In this document: piece by piece, positions 1 to 8,507 of the stretch | Layout of the letters: the number at the start of each line of letters is the position of its first letter | Position numbering within the stretch: the first letter of the stretch is position 1 | IMG/VR virus record: IMGVR_UViG_2593339199_000003 | Span: 1-64,000 of that record | Direction: 5' to 3' (one strand) | DNA length: 64,000 bases | DNA from: a virus | Taxonomy: Duplodnaviria > Caudoviricetes | Translations under genes and position numbers: made by a program | The notes under the pieces: generated by a model | Database searches by the model: none | The model's input: only the letters and a program-made list of their open reading frames with translations | Told to the model about the DNA's origin: nothing

Positions 1-1077
1 TCACCTCACATTCGTAAATTCATTATAATAAATAATTTCCTCGTTTGCTGCTGTGCTCTTGAGCCACTCGATCGGGTTGATGTTAATCTTGCCAAGCTTC
101 ATGCCGTTACGGAACTTGATGCACACCTTCTCAAAAGCAGCAGGCGTGTAGGTGTCCCACTCGAGTTGCTCGTAGATCAGATCGATAACCCTTTGTGGGA
201 GGCGGAGTTTGTTGACGACTTCGACTTGAAAAAATTGTTTACATAGCGAAGCGCAGATATCTTCCTCCTCCTCCTCTATTATTCTATCTTTATTATTATT
301 ATATGTATCTATGTTATCTATATCTTCTACTTTATTTACTATCTTTAGAGAGTCGCCAACCCCTTGTCCTGCCTGGGTTTGTGGGCTCTCAGGTGGTTTC
401 ACCGTGGTACCGATATCGGTATCATCATGGGACTGGCCTGGTATCGTCACGGGACCACTTTCGGTCTCATTAGGAGACTGGGTGGTTTCACCGTGAGACT
501 GGGCAGTCTCGTCATGAGACTGGGTGGTCCCATCTTGGGACTGGGTAGTCTCATCATGGGACTGGGTGGTTTCATCATGAGACTGGGTAGTCTCAACATG
601 AGACTGGCTAGTGTCATCATGGGACTCCCTGGTATCACCTTGGGACTGGCCAACCAGCGCCAGCTTCGGCTTTTTGTCCGGCTCCTCGAAGACCTTCTTC
701 CAATTAAATGTGGAATCCCAGGACACATCGAGCTGCTGTTCGTCTTCCTTCGATAAAACGAGGCGGTATTTGTATCGGTCAGTACCTTCGACTTTGATGC
801 GCTCCATGTAGCCGCGGTCCATAAGGGCCTTGATTGTTCTCGTGGCGGTTGTCCGGCCGAAGCCGAGATACTCCTGCAGATCGGACAATGAGAACTCCAA
901 TGAGTAACCTTTGCGCTGCCAGCCATAAGTGGCCCGGATCATAAACCCGAGCAGCCGCATTTCGGCGCAGTTGATGTCGCGGTCATAGATCAGCAGATCG
1001 AAAAACTCTGGCGGTGTTTGAACGAAGTTCGGTATGCTGAATCCTTTGAATTTCTTTTCCAATTTCTTCTCCCCCAC
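1..1077 (-). CDS. Replication initiator, phage O / replisome-organiser-like N-terminal winged HTH
   Basis: N-terminus PNFVQTPPEFFD..AEMRLLGFMIRATYGW..FSLSDLQEYLG.GRTTATRTIKALMDRGY fits O-like initiators; central 7-aa repeats encoded by iterons. Start may be TTG at 1062 (GGGGAG 7 nt upstream). Confidence 0.8.
   Translation of the reverse strand: MGEKKLEKKFKGFSIPNFVQTPPEFFDLLIYDRDINCAEMRLLGFMIRATYGWQRKGYSLEFSLSDLQEYLGFGRTTATRTIKALMDRGYMERIKVEGTDRYKYRLVLSKEDEQQLDVSWDSTFNWKKVFEEPDKKPKLALVGQSQGDTRESHDDTSQSHVETTQSHDETTQSHDETTQSQDGTTQSHDETAQSHGETTQSPNETESGPVTIPGQSHDDTDIGTTVKPPESPQTQAGQGVGDSLKIVNKVEDIDNIDTYNNNKDRIIEEEEEDICASLCKQFFQVEVVNKLRLPQRVIDLIYEQLEWDTYTPAAFEKVCIKFRNGMKLGKININPIEWLKSTAANEEIIYYNEFTNVR
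270..347. other. AT-rich tract next to the iterons, putative DNA-unwinding element
   Basis: tctattattctatctttattattattatatgtatctatgttatctatatc.. inside an otherwise GC-rich gene. Confidence 0.6.
474..650. repeat. About 8.5 tandem 21-bp repeats (iterons), consensus GRGACTGGGTRGTYTCATCAT
   Basis: Units start at 474, 495, 516, 537, 558, 579, 600, 621, 642; internal dyad GAGACT..AGTCTC; encode TTQSHDE repeats. Confidence 0.9.
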
Positions 1078-1193
1078 TTTACAATCTAGTAGGGACTCTG
1101 CTATATTTAAGGCATAAAAAGCATACTTCTGCCTTGTGCAGAACCCCGAAAAGGAACCTTCTCGCCGCCAAGCTGATAGGTTCTTTTTCTTTT
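1078..1193 (+). ncRNA. Putative antisense copy-control RNA to the rep leader, with its promoter
   Basis: TTTACA(1078)-18 bp-TATATT(1102) with extended TG, then hairpin GAAAAGGAACCT/AGGTTCTTTTTC (1148-1189) and a U-tract; loop contains CGCCAA. Confidence 0.6.
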
Positions 1194-1461
1194 GTCTATA
1201 ATGTTACTAGATTCGATTATAATTTACAATTCAAATGTTGGGAACGCTGTCGCAATTATGCATGAAAAAATCCATAGGAAAATATGTTCATATAAAAATA
1301 GAATTTTCCACTGCTGCTCCTACGCCTTATCAACTCCAAATAGATTAGATTCCTTTAGCTTTCATTAGAATAGATCAGATATCTTGAGATTTGTTATGGA
1401 ATATCTTGACTATTCAAAGTTCAGTGTAGTATATTGAACCTAACCAAAGGAGGTTAGGGAC

Positions 1462-2043
1462 ATGCGAATGGTTCGCAATCTGAATGAGAAGGCCTATGAG
1501 GAAATTATCGAGGAGCTGGAGAAAGGCTTCGAGGAGCTCTCCATGAAGTACAACCATTTCTCTCCCGGAGCTTACCCGCGGCCGACGCGCATCAACGTTG
1601 AAGGCCGGGACTTCCCCTTCCCTCTTGCTGCTGAGATCTACCATGTGTACCTCTATCTGGTCGGCGAAGGCCACCAGCCAGAACATATGTATGAGACGAC
1701 GCGGAGCATCTGCGACCTGGTTTGGTTCAACCCATTCACACAAGCAAGTGACTTCTCGATTGAATGGGAGCGCTGGGAGCGCACCAAGATCGGGTTCTTC
1801 GTCCGCTGCTCCTTCATCGCCATGGCGCTGGAGAACGGCGAGCCGATCAACTCGAAGCAGCTGTCGCTTATGGCCGGCATCAGCCCGACCGCAGTGATTA
1901 AGCAGATCAAGGAAGGTAAGCTCAAAGGAGAAAAGTACGATCGGGAATGGTCAATTCAAGCGGAAGATGCGCTGACGTTCCTGAAATTACAATGGGAGAA
2001 CTCCAGAGGAGGCACACCGTATGCTAAGAATTTTAGTCGTTGA
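1462..2043 (+). CDS. DNA-binding protein with C-terminal excisionase/HTH_17-like domain
   Basis: AAAGGAGG RBS; INSKQLSLMAGISPTAVIKQIKEGKLKGEKYDREWSI. Confidence 0.7.
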   Translation: MRMVRNLNEKAYEEIIEELEKGFEELSMKYNHFSPGAYPRPTRINVEGRDFPFPLAAEIYHVYLYLVGEGHQPEHMYETTRSICDLVWFNPFTQASDFSIEWERWERTKIGFFVRCSFIAMALENGEPINSKQLSLMAGISPTAVIKQIKEGKLKGEKYDREWSIQAEDALTFLKLQWENSRGGTPYAKNFSR

Positions 2044-2323
2044 ACCTGATTCGATCCAGGACAAAGAAATCGAGTATACCCTTGATGCCATGAAGGATAT
2101 CGTAGACGGGCATTTAAACGAGGTCCAGATTAGTAACAAGTTCGTTCTTATATATAACCTCGACGGCGATACGCTTCGGCTGCCGATTAATAATCAATAT
2201 GTCGGCGGGCCGATCTTCGGAACGTTCTTCGTTACCCGTATCGACGTGGATGAAACCTACATCTCGCTTACGGATGAAGAGGTCGAGTCGATCAAGGAGA
2301 ACTTCATCCGAAAGGAGGTGTAA
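2021..2323 (+). CDS. DUF3846-like hypothetical protein
   Basis: GGAGG RBS; ILVVEP..TLDAMKDIVDGHL..LPIN..IFGTFFV..SLTDEEV pattern. Confidence 0.6.
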   Translation: MLRILVVEPDSIQDKEIEYTLDAMKDIVDGHLNEVQISNKFVLIYNLDGDTLRLPINNQYVGGPIFGTFFVTRIDVDETYISLTDEEVESIKENFIRKEV

Positions 2324-2327
2324 TCAC

Positions 2328-2480
2328 ATGTATAATGTAAATTGGGTCAACGAGCTTGGCCAGACCAAGGACTATGAATGCATGACCGAAATGGAACGAG
2401 ACGCGAAGATTGAGGAGCTCGAGGCGCAAGGCCTTGAAGCATCCTGGGAAGAAGTGAATACTGATGCGACCACTGCTTGA
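2328..2480 (+). CDS. Small acidic hypothetical protein (50 aa)
   Basis: AAAGGAGGTG RBS before ATG 2328; MYNVNWVNELG.. Confidence 0.65.
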   Translation: MYNVNWVNELGQTKDYECMTEMERDAKIEELEAQGLEASWEEVNTDATTA

Positions 2481-2739
2481 TCTCAATGAGCCGGTGAAGC
2501 TCACAATGAATCTGATGGAGATTGGCGAGTACCAGAAAGTGATGCAAGAGGCGATCCAATCTTGGATCGGCAAGCCGGTGCTCAACCCGGAGCGCACGCA
2601 GGTAATCGGCACGATCGAGCTCGTCTGGATCGAGGACAACATGGTGAAGGCGAACGTCACCATCGACCGAGCTGCTCATAATCAGCATTTCACTCAATGG
2701 GTGGCAGGTTGCATGCAGTCATTCGTTGTTGGGCCATGA
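2464..2739 (+). CDS. Hypothetical protein
   Basis: Overlaps upstream ORF; followed by hairpin TGAGCCGC..GCGGCTCA. Confidence 0.6.
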   Translation: MRPLLDLNEPVKLTMNLMEIGEYQKVMQEAIQSWIGKPVLNPERTQVIGTIELVWIEDNMVKANVTIDRAAHNQHFTQWVAGCMQSFVVGP

Positions 2740-2918
2740 GCCGCCGGCGCGCGGCTCATTTCTATATTTATCCGCCCTTTTCTTGAATTTTCTTCACAAT
2801 GCCACTCGTCTGCAGTATAATGAAAGGTGTATCTGCCAAGACTTTCTACTAATTCTAGTAGAATCGAGGCGCAAGGATGCACAAAAAACTAGGCAGCAAA
2901 CAGCGAGGAGTGTTTAAA

Positions 2919-3089
2919 ATGGCTCCACAAACATTAACGCACACAGCTCGTAAGCGGCCAGCTCGTCGTACCGTGACCAAGAACCGGCTGGACAGCATGA
3001 CATCCGAGGAAATGAAAGCTGCGAATGAAATGACCAAGGCCACACGGGGATTCGGCAGTGAGCCACACGGCTGGGGCAAGGAGGAGTAA
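2919..3089 (+). CDS. Small basic protein, candidate antitoxin
   Basis: GAGGAG RBS; 56 aa; ends 2 nt before the PemK-like gene and contains its RBS. Confidence 0.5.
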   Translation: MAPQTLTHTARKRPARRTVTKNRLDSMTSEEMKAANEMTKATRGFGSEPHGWGKEE

Positions 3090-3091
3090 GT

Positions 3092-3703
3092 TTGTCATCG
3101 CGCAACAGCACTAGATACATGAGCAAAAGTAACTGGCATGAAATCGAAAGAGGTCATGTGTTCGAAGCGGCAATGCTCTACTCCCCTTCCGACACGAACA
3201 GACCTCTTTATTTTTTTGAGGAAGATCCTGCGGATCCATCGACTGGCGTAGTCGTTAGGAGAGTTGGCGATTTCGCTCCGAAGAAAATTGGACGAACTTA
3301 TGCTGCTAGGCCGCAGAGGCTTGTTATTGGGATCAAGCCACGCCGTGTCGTCATCGTATCGAATAATAAGATCAACCAGCATCACGATTTCGAGTATATC
3401 ATGGTGGCGCCGATCTTCACGATCAAGCCAGACGATGAAAAGAAACCCGGGTATCAAAAGATCATCGATGATGATCACCCCTATTTCATTTACGTTCCGC
3501 GCACACTGCCGGACGGTAAGGTCCTCAAGCGCTACATTGATGTTAGCCAACTCATCAGCATACATAAAGGCATACTCCTGGAGAAGAAAGAAGTGCTCGA
3601 AACAGACCGCATGGGGCTGCTCGAGGATCTCCTGATTGAGAACCTTGATTTGGGCGCTGAAGGCGAAGACGGCCAGCAGGCTTTCGTCGCAGCAAAAAGC
3701 TAG
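3092..3703 (+). CDS. PemK/MazF-family toxin (endoribonuclease-like)
   Basis: IERGHVF..KPRRVVIVSNNKIN..IMVAPIFT..IDVSQLISIHK matches the PemK signature, with an insertion. Confidence 0.7.
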   Translation: MSSRNSTRYMSKSNWHEIERGHVFEAAMLYSPSDTNRPLYFFEEDPADPSTGVVVRRVGDFAPKKIGRTYAARPQRLVIGIKPRRVVIVSNNKINQHHDFEYIMVAPIFTIKPDDEKKPGYQKIIDDDHPYFIYVPRTLPDGKVLKRYIDVSQLISIHKGILLEKKEVLETDRMGLLEDLLIENLDLGAEGEDGQQAFVAAKS

Positions 3704-3733
3704 GTATCCAGTGCGGATACCTAGCTTTTCTTT
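3695..3733. terminator. Bidirectional intrinsic terminator
   Basis: AAAAGCTAGGTATCC-agtgc-GGATACCTAGCTTTT perfect stem. Confidence 0.8.
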
Positions 3734-3764
3734 AAACGAGGAACTCCACGAACACCGGTGCAAC
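3732..3764 (-). pseudogene. Remnant 3' end of an earlier ligase gene (VAPVFVEFLV*)
   Basis: Near-copy of the ligase terminus SPVFVEFIL* at 4163-4192. Confidence 0.55.
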
Positions 3765-3898
3765 AAAAAAGGGCTGCCTCGTGCAGTCCTTTTTTCATTC
3801 GTCGCAAAAAAAACACAGCCTATAGTAGAGGGAGCTGATTAGCTCACTTAGCATAATAACACAAATCGAGCCAATCATTGGGAGGAGGGGAAATAACA

Positions 3899-4075
3899 AT
3901 GGTGTATAAAAGACCAAAGTATAAGTTGTGTGAAAGATGTGGCAGCTATTTGTTGGACAACCGTAAAAATTTCGGAATGCAAGCCACAGGGCAGAACTGG
4001 AAACAGGCTTGGTGTATAGAATGTAGAACTGAATGGAAACGAAATAAGAAAGATAATGAAGAAAAACGTTATTAA
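3899..4075 (+). CDS. Small zinc-ribbon protein (CxxC..CxxC), AT-rich moron
   Basis: GGAGGAGG RBS region; CERC and CIEC; flanked by hairpins at 3765-3797 and 4093-4121. Confidence 0.6.
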   Translation: MVYKRPKYKLCERCGSYLLDNRKNFGMQATGQNWKQAWCIECRTEWKRNKKDNEEKRY

Positions 4076-4092
4076 CGGAGACGATAGTTAAA

Positions 4093-4124
4093 TAAAGCCG
4101 CCCTTAAACTGGGCGGCTTTCCTT
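4093..4124. terminator. Terminator between convergent genes
   Basis: AAAGCCGCCC-ttaaact-GGGCGGCTTT. Confidence 0.75.
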
Positions 4125-4162
4125 TGGTCGTAAATCAACTCATTCTAATTTAAAAAAGCCAT

Positions 4163-5002
4163 TTATAAAATAAACTCCACGAATACCGGTGAACGCAGCA
4201 TGCCGTTCTTCGTCCAGTTTCGTGTCTTCACCTTCGCCTTGATGACCGGCTGCAGGTGAATGAAACGGCGATCCTCTTTGTAGACAAGCTTCTTCATCAC
4301 AGATCGAAAGGCTTTTTTGTGCTCATCCAATACGCCGAGTTCGATGATGCCTGATGGTCTGAACTTGCCATCGTCGCCAAGGATAGACGTGAGCCATCCA
4401 AAGTCATCCTTCTTCACGCCGCTTATATAGACATCTGCGTATGTCCAGTTGATGACCTTTTGGAATGACCAGGATCGCTGACCGACTTTATATTTCGACT
4501 GCATATCCTTGATCACGATGCCTTCAAGACCATTCTGCTTGATCGCTTCAAAGTAAGCGATGCTGTTGCCTTCAATATGCTGGACCTTGGAATAGTGCTG
4601 CGTGTCTTGGAATGCTTCGGCAAGCAGCTCCTTCCTTCTGGCCAGCGGCAATGAAGTGACATCGATCCCGCGATGGCGGAGGATATCGAAGGCGCAAAAC
4701 GTTGTTTTCGTATTCGACTTCTTCGATTGGAACCTGCTCATCATGGCCTCGAAATCGGGCTTGCCTTCACAATCGGTGACGATCAGTTCGCCGTCCAAAA
4801 TTGTGCCGGGCCCAAATGGTACGTCATGCAGCTCGGGGAATTGCGACGTGACATCATTTTGATGTCGGGTATATAGTTTCAATTCAGACATGTTGGACAC
4901 GATTAATCGGATACCATCCAGCTTTAATTCCGCAATATGGTTTTCCTTCTCAAATGGCGCATTTCCTGGAGCATAATGGAGCAACATAGGACTAATGAAC
5001 AT
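4163..5002 (-). CDS. ATP-dependent DNA ligase (minimal phage type)
   Basis: Motifs ELKLDGIR, ILDGELIV, FCAFDIL, EGIVIK, and C-terminal GMLRSPVF. Confidence 0.93.
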   Translation of the reverse strand: MFISPMLLHYAPGNAPFEKENHIAELKLDGIRLIVSNMSELKLYTRHQNDVTSQFPELHDVPFGPGTILDGELIVTDCEGKPDFEAMMSRFQSKKSNTKTTFCAFDILRHRGIDVTSLPLARRKELLAEAFQDTQHYSKVQHIEGNSIAYFEAIKQNGLEGIVIKDMQSKYKVGQRSWSFQKVINWTYADVYISGVKKDDFGWLTSILGDDGKFRPSGIIELGVLDEHKKAFRSVMKKLVYKEDRRFIHLQPVIKAKVKTRNWTKNGMLRSPVFVEFIL

Positions 5003-5078
5003 TGTTTCTCACCCGTCCCCATTATACCAGTTCTGGATGGCAATCCCCATGGTACTTAATTGCAACTAGAGCTGCAGC

Positions 5079-5429
5079 TTAGTAGTTGTCCTGGACCGCC
5101 TTTTGCAGCAGCGCTTGGCAGCGATCGAGATCCTCCTTGACCTGCTTCTTGTAGAGCTGCGCTTTGTCATGGCCATCCTCGGTGAAGTGATACATGATGA
5201 CTTCCTGGTATTCCACGCCGAGCTTTTGGTGCCGGCTGCGATACAGGATCCCGTCTTCCACCAGATCATGTAGCGATCGGTAGATCTCCGACTGCGGAGG
5301 CTCATAGCCAAGCGATTTGAAATCTTGCTTTAGCTCCTCAAGCATCTGATACCCATACCCACGGTGTTTCTCCACGAGCGTGATCATGTACAGCTTCAAG
5401 AATGCGCGCTGCGCGATCATAAATGCCAT
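5079..5429 (-). CDS. rtp: Replication terminator protein homologue (RTP, winged helix)
   Basis: QRAFLKLYMIT, EIYRSLHDL, QEVIMYHF and LYKKQVKEDLDRC..KAVQDNY parallel B. subtilis RTP as recalled, over its full length. Confidence 0.85.
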   Translation of the reverse strand: MAFMIAQRAFLKLYMITLVEKHRGYGYQMLEELKQDFKSLGYEPPQSEIYRSLHDLVEDGILYRSRHQKLGVEYQEVIMYHFTEDGHDKAQLYKKQVKEDLDRCQALLQKAVQDNY

Positions 5430-5620
5430 CCCTTCGCCCTCCTCACAACGAGTAAACCATCCATGTGCATCTCTACATTAAATCGCTGGCCGTTATGTGC
5501 TTCGAAATTGAGCACGTAATAATCCTGTTCGCGGCCGAAGTACCAGACCTGCCCCCGTGCATACAGATATTCCTTCGCTTCCTCATACGAATCGAATTGT
5601 CGTTTCCATTCGTCCTTCAT
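5417..5620 (-). CDS. Hypothetical protein
   Basis: First gene of the operon, overlaps rtp start; MKDEWKRQFDSYEEAKEY.. Confidence 0.6.
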   Translation of the reverse strand: MKDEWKRQFDSYEEAKEYLYARGQVWYFGREQDYYVLNFEAHNGQRFNVEMHMDGLLVVRRAKGWHL

Positions 5621-5664
5621 GGCCACCCACTTCCATACTTTCATTGTATGAAAAATTCACAGTC

Positions 5665-5678
5665 CGAACAGACGTTCA
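5665..5678. promoter_or_regulatory. LexA/DinR (SOS) box
   Basis: CGAACAGACGTTCA vs Bacillus consensus CGAAC-N4-GTTCG; intergenic, upstream of the hyp-rtp-ligase operon. Confidence 0.75.
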
Positions 5679-5817
5679 CTGTTTTAACAGGGAAATTGTC
5701 GCAGAGTCAAGGTGCGTTGTCAAGCGTGCAAACGTACAAAGTAACTAGAGAGCACCTTGCTTTTTATTAGAGTGTGAATTTTTCACATAATGAGAGTTTC
5801 ATATTGGAGGTTGGATC

Positions 5818-6048
5818 ATGTTTAGGAACAAGGTGTTTCTGTTGGCAACCATGGTCGTGCTGCTGGTCATTGGTTTCGTCAACATGGAGATCACCAAGCA
5901 CGACCGTTCGCGTCATCAAAATGAATCCCTTATTCGGAGGCTCGATTCCGTTGGGTCTGGCTTCACCGATCAGGTCATCGCCGAGCGCCGACGCCGCGAC
6001 CGCCTGCAGCATCCACTGGAATATCAAGCCCCAAATGAAAATTTGTAG
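5818..6048 (+). CDS. Small membrane-anchored or exported protein
   Basis: GGAGG RBS; MFRNK plus hydrophobic VFLLATMVVLLVIGFV. Confidence 0.65.
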   Translation: MFRNKVFLLATMVVLLVIGFVNMEITKHDRSRHQNESLIRRLDSVGSGFTDQVIAERRRRDRLQHPLEYQAPNENL

Positions 6049-6086
6049 TAGATATGATATCATGAATTTATAGGGGATGATTAGTC

Positions 6087-6446
6087 TTGGCATATGAAGG
6101 CATCTGTCCAGTATGTAAGCAGTTTACTGATAGAATCTATCAATATGATTTAACTTGTTCCTATACTTGTTGGCAGAACCTGGTTAAACAATGCAAAATG
6201 TGTCTTCGTCCATATACAAAAGAAAAATCTGGCTACAGTGATTTCTGTTCTGACGAATGCCATAGCGTTCATATCCGACGATTGATGTACTCGCCGAAAG
6301 CATGTGGTCATTGCAAAGTAGAGTTGCCGCATGACCATCCAGTCACCGACGTCTACGGTGCTTATGTTGAATACTTCTGCTCGAAAAAGTGTGAATCTAA
6401 TTATAAGTATGATAACCCGCCAAATTGGCAAGCTTGGAAGTCATAA
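6087..6446 (+). CDS. Cys-rich protein with three TRASH/MYM-like zinc-finger repeats
   Basis: Three CxxC...(F/T)CSxxC units; AT-rich; terminator near 6450-6492. Confidence 0.65.
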   Translation: MAYEGICPVCKQFTDRIYQYDLTCSYTCWQNLVKQCKMCLRPYTKEKSGYSDFCSDECHSVHIRRLMYSPKACGHCKVELPHDHPVTDVYGAYVEYFCSKKCESNYKYDNPPNWQAWKS

Positions 6447-6553
6447 AGATGGCGCTCTCCCCTATTATCAGGGATGAGCGCCTTTTCTTTTTAACCATCT
6501 AATGGTGGAGGATTATGCAAGTCACCGGAGAGTTTTGTCTTGCCGCTCACAGC

Positions 6554-7102
6554 TCACCAGCGCTCCTCCTTCCGGATCAGTGTCTGGAAGTAGTCCTTCA
6601 CATCCAGCCAGTCCGTGCAGCGCTTGTACTTGCTTCTCAGGTGCTGATTGTACGGCATGTCGATCAGGATGCCGGTTCCTTTAAACCGGTCGAAGTTGTG
6701 CGGGCCGTCATCGATCAGGTAATCCATCTCGAATCTGTGCTTATGGTGAAGCGGAACGAAATGATGATAGTCGATGAACGGGAGATGCTTCTCCACCCAA
6801 GCCCACTTGTCGGCCACCACATTCGGATGGGACGACGAGACGATATAGACTTCGAAGTATTCATGTAGGAAGCTCATGACCTCTGCAGCATGCGGCTGTA
6901 TCCCCAGGTTCCGGAAGAAGCCCGGCTCCCGCAGGTAGTCGTACATCTTCTTGCCACACTCTGGCTTCACGTAGTGCGTGACGTCCCAGCTGATCATGTC
7001 GGCCTTTGTCAGGTTATCGCCATAGTCTTTATTGTAGCGCTCTAGCCAAACGGCATCGAGGTTATTAAGCGTTGAATCTAAGTCTACACCAATGATCTTC
7101 AT
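6554..7102 (-). CDS. 5'(3')-deoxyribonucleotidase (NT5C, HAD family)
   Basis: IGVDLDSTL, PGFFRNL, KWAWVEKHLPF, DYLIDDGPHN, PYN. Confidence 0.9.
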   Translation of the reverse strand: MKIIGVDLDSTLNNLDAVWLERYNKDYGDNLTKADMISWDVTHYVKPECGKKMYDYLREPGFFRNLGIQPHAAEVMSFLHEYFEVYIVSSSHPNVVADKWAWVEKHLPFIDYHHFVPLHHKHRFEMDYLIDDGPHNFDRFKGTGILIDMPYNQHLRSKYKRCTDWLDVKDYFQTLIRKEERW

Positions 7103-7721
7103 ATGAGGCCAATCTTCCTTCCATGAGCGCCGTTGTAAAACGGTACATCTTCTCGTGAATATGTTCAATGGACATCTCTCCATCAAGGATGAAGCAGTTC
7201 CATGAATTTAAATAATATTCGCGCACTCGCATGAGCATGGCGAGATCCGATTCATACCGGTCGTTCTGGCCGTCATTGTGCTTGCCTTTGCGAGTCATAC
7301 TGATGTTGGCCGGGATGTCGATGATGATATTGATGTCCGGCGCGATCATGTGCCGTTGCAGCTCGTTTACTAGTGAGGCTGGCACCTTGTTCGCTTTGGC
7401 GTATGCCTGCTGACTCAGTGTGTAGCGATCCAGAATAAGGATGTCATAACCCATGGCGTCAAGCTCTCGGAACCATCCCTGCTGCGCTTGCTTGTCAGCC
7501 GCCATGATGAACTCGATGGTCAGCTGATCTACATCATATTTCCCTGTCAGCCAGTCCATGACCAGTTTTCCTGTCGGCGTATCGTAGCGGTGGAACTCGC
7601 TGGTGGCCACCTTATGGCCTTGCTGCTCCAGGGCTTCTCGGAGCAGCTTGGTTTGTGTCGCCTTACCAGATTTATCGAGTCCCTCGATGGCCACGATCTT
7701 CATGCGAAGATTAGATACCAC
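7065..7721 (-). CDS. tmk: Thymidylate kinase
   Basis: IEGLDKSGKATQ P-loop, ILDRYTLS; start GTG 7721 or ATG 7703. Confidence 0.9.
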   Translation of the reverse strand: MVSNLRMKIVAIEGLDKSGKATQTKLLREALEQQGHKVATSEFHRYDTPTGKLVMDWLTGKYDVDQLTIEFIMAADKQAQQGWFRELDAMGYDILILDRYTLSQQAYAKANKVPASLVNELQRHMIAPDINIIIDIPANISMTRKGKHNDGQNDRYESDLAMLMRVREYYLNSWNCFILDGEMSIEHIHEKMYRFTTALMEGRLASYEDHWCRLRFNA

Positions 7722-8082
7722 CGTGACCGCCTCCAAACTTCTTCTTAATAAGATCATCAATGATGTCGAAGGCAGCCTGCGGATTGAGCGGATCGATTTG
7801 CACGGCGTAGACGCCCGGCTGGCCCGGGAACTTCATCACGCCGGCAAGACTCTTGCCCTTCTCGGCCTCAGCTGTAACGATTGTTTCGGCGGGCGGCGCG
7901 ATCATTGCTTCAAGCGTCTTCCGAATAGAAGCGGCATTGGCCGCAATTGTCTCGGAGAGCTGCATCAAGTTTTCGTTGACTTGATTCAGGGCTTGGACAC
8001 AGTGGATCATGACTTCATGCTCACACGGTGGTGGCGGCGGCAAGATCATACCGGATTGATCGAGTTGATCGAATGGGAACAT
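7711..8082 (-). CDS. Hypothetical protein
   Basis: AAGGAGG RBS, abuts upstream stop. Confidence 0.6.
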   Translation of the reverse strand: MFPFDQLDQSGMILPPPPPCEHEVMIHCVQALNQVNENLMQLSETIAANAASIRKTLEAMIAPPAETIVTAEAEKGKSLAGVMKFPGQPGVYAVQIDPLNPQAAFDIIDDLIKKKFGGGHGGI

Positions 8083-8325
8083 CTAGTTGGCCTCCTTATT
8101 GCGAACGTCTTCCATTTGATCCATGGCCAGCTGCAGGACAGTGGCGCCGAGGGCGAGCTGCGTATTCAGCATCTCGCGGATATTGAGCTCATGCTTGTTC
8201 GTGATTTGGCGCAGCTGCTCATACATTTCATCTGCCGCTTGGCTGGAGCGTTCCTTTTCTTCCTCCGACATGATCGCTTGGATCACCCCTAGAAATGCTC
8301 GCGTCTGATTGAGAAACTCTTCCAT
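8083..8325 (-). CDS. Hypothetical helical protein
   Basis: GGAGGAGAAGG RBS; 80 aa. Confidence 0.65.
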   Translation of the reverse strand: MEEFLNQTRAFLGVIQAIMSEEEKERSSQAADEMYEQLRQITNKHELNIREMLNTQLALGATVLQLAMDQMEDVRNKEAN

Positions 8326-8507
8326 GAATCCTTCTCCTCCAGTAAGGTTTTGGTGTCGTCGTCAATGTCAGCGATGTCTCCATATAGGAAGAACAAGACC
8401 CACATAAACCCGAAAACCGGTTTGGTATATTCATAAAGCGCGTAGAAAATAGCGAGGATCACCACGATCCGGATTCGAAGCCACAAGTATCGGCTCACGG
8501 GGATCAC
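8289..8507 (-). CDS. Small membrane protein (two hydrophobic segments)
   Basis: IRIVVILAIFYALY and VFGFMWVLFFLY; GTGA overlap with upstream gene. Confidence 0.5.
   Translation of the reverse strand: MIPVSRYLWLRIRIVVILAIFYALYEYTKPVFGFMWVLFFLYGDIADIDDDTKTLLEEKDSWKSFSIRREHF

Noticed and set aside
474-650. 21-bp repeats as a CRISPR array
   Set aside because: Head-to-tail with no unique spacers and in frame within rep; iterons fit better.
1278-1289. LexA-like GAAAATATGTTC upstream of rep
   Set aside because: Core mismatch in AT-rich DNA; too weak to call.
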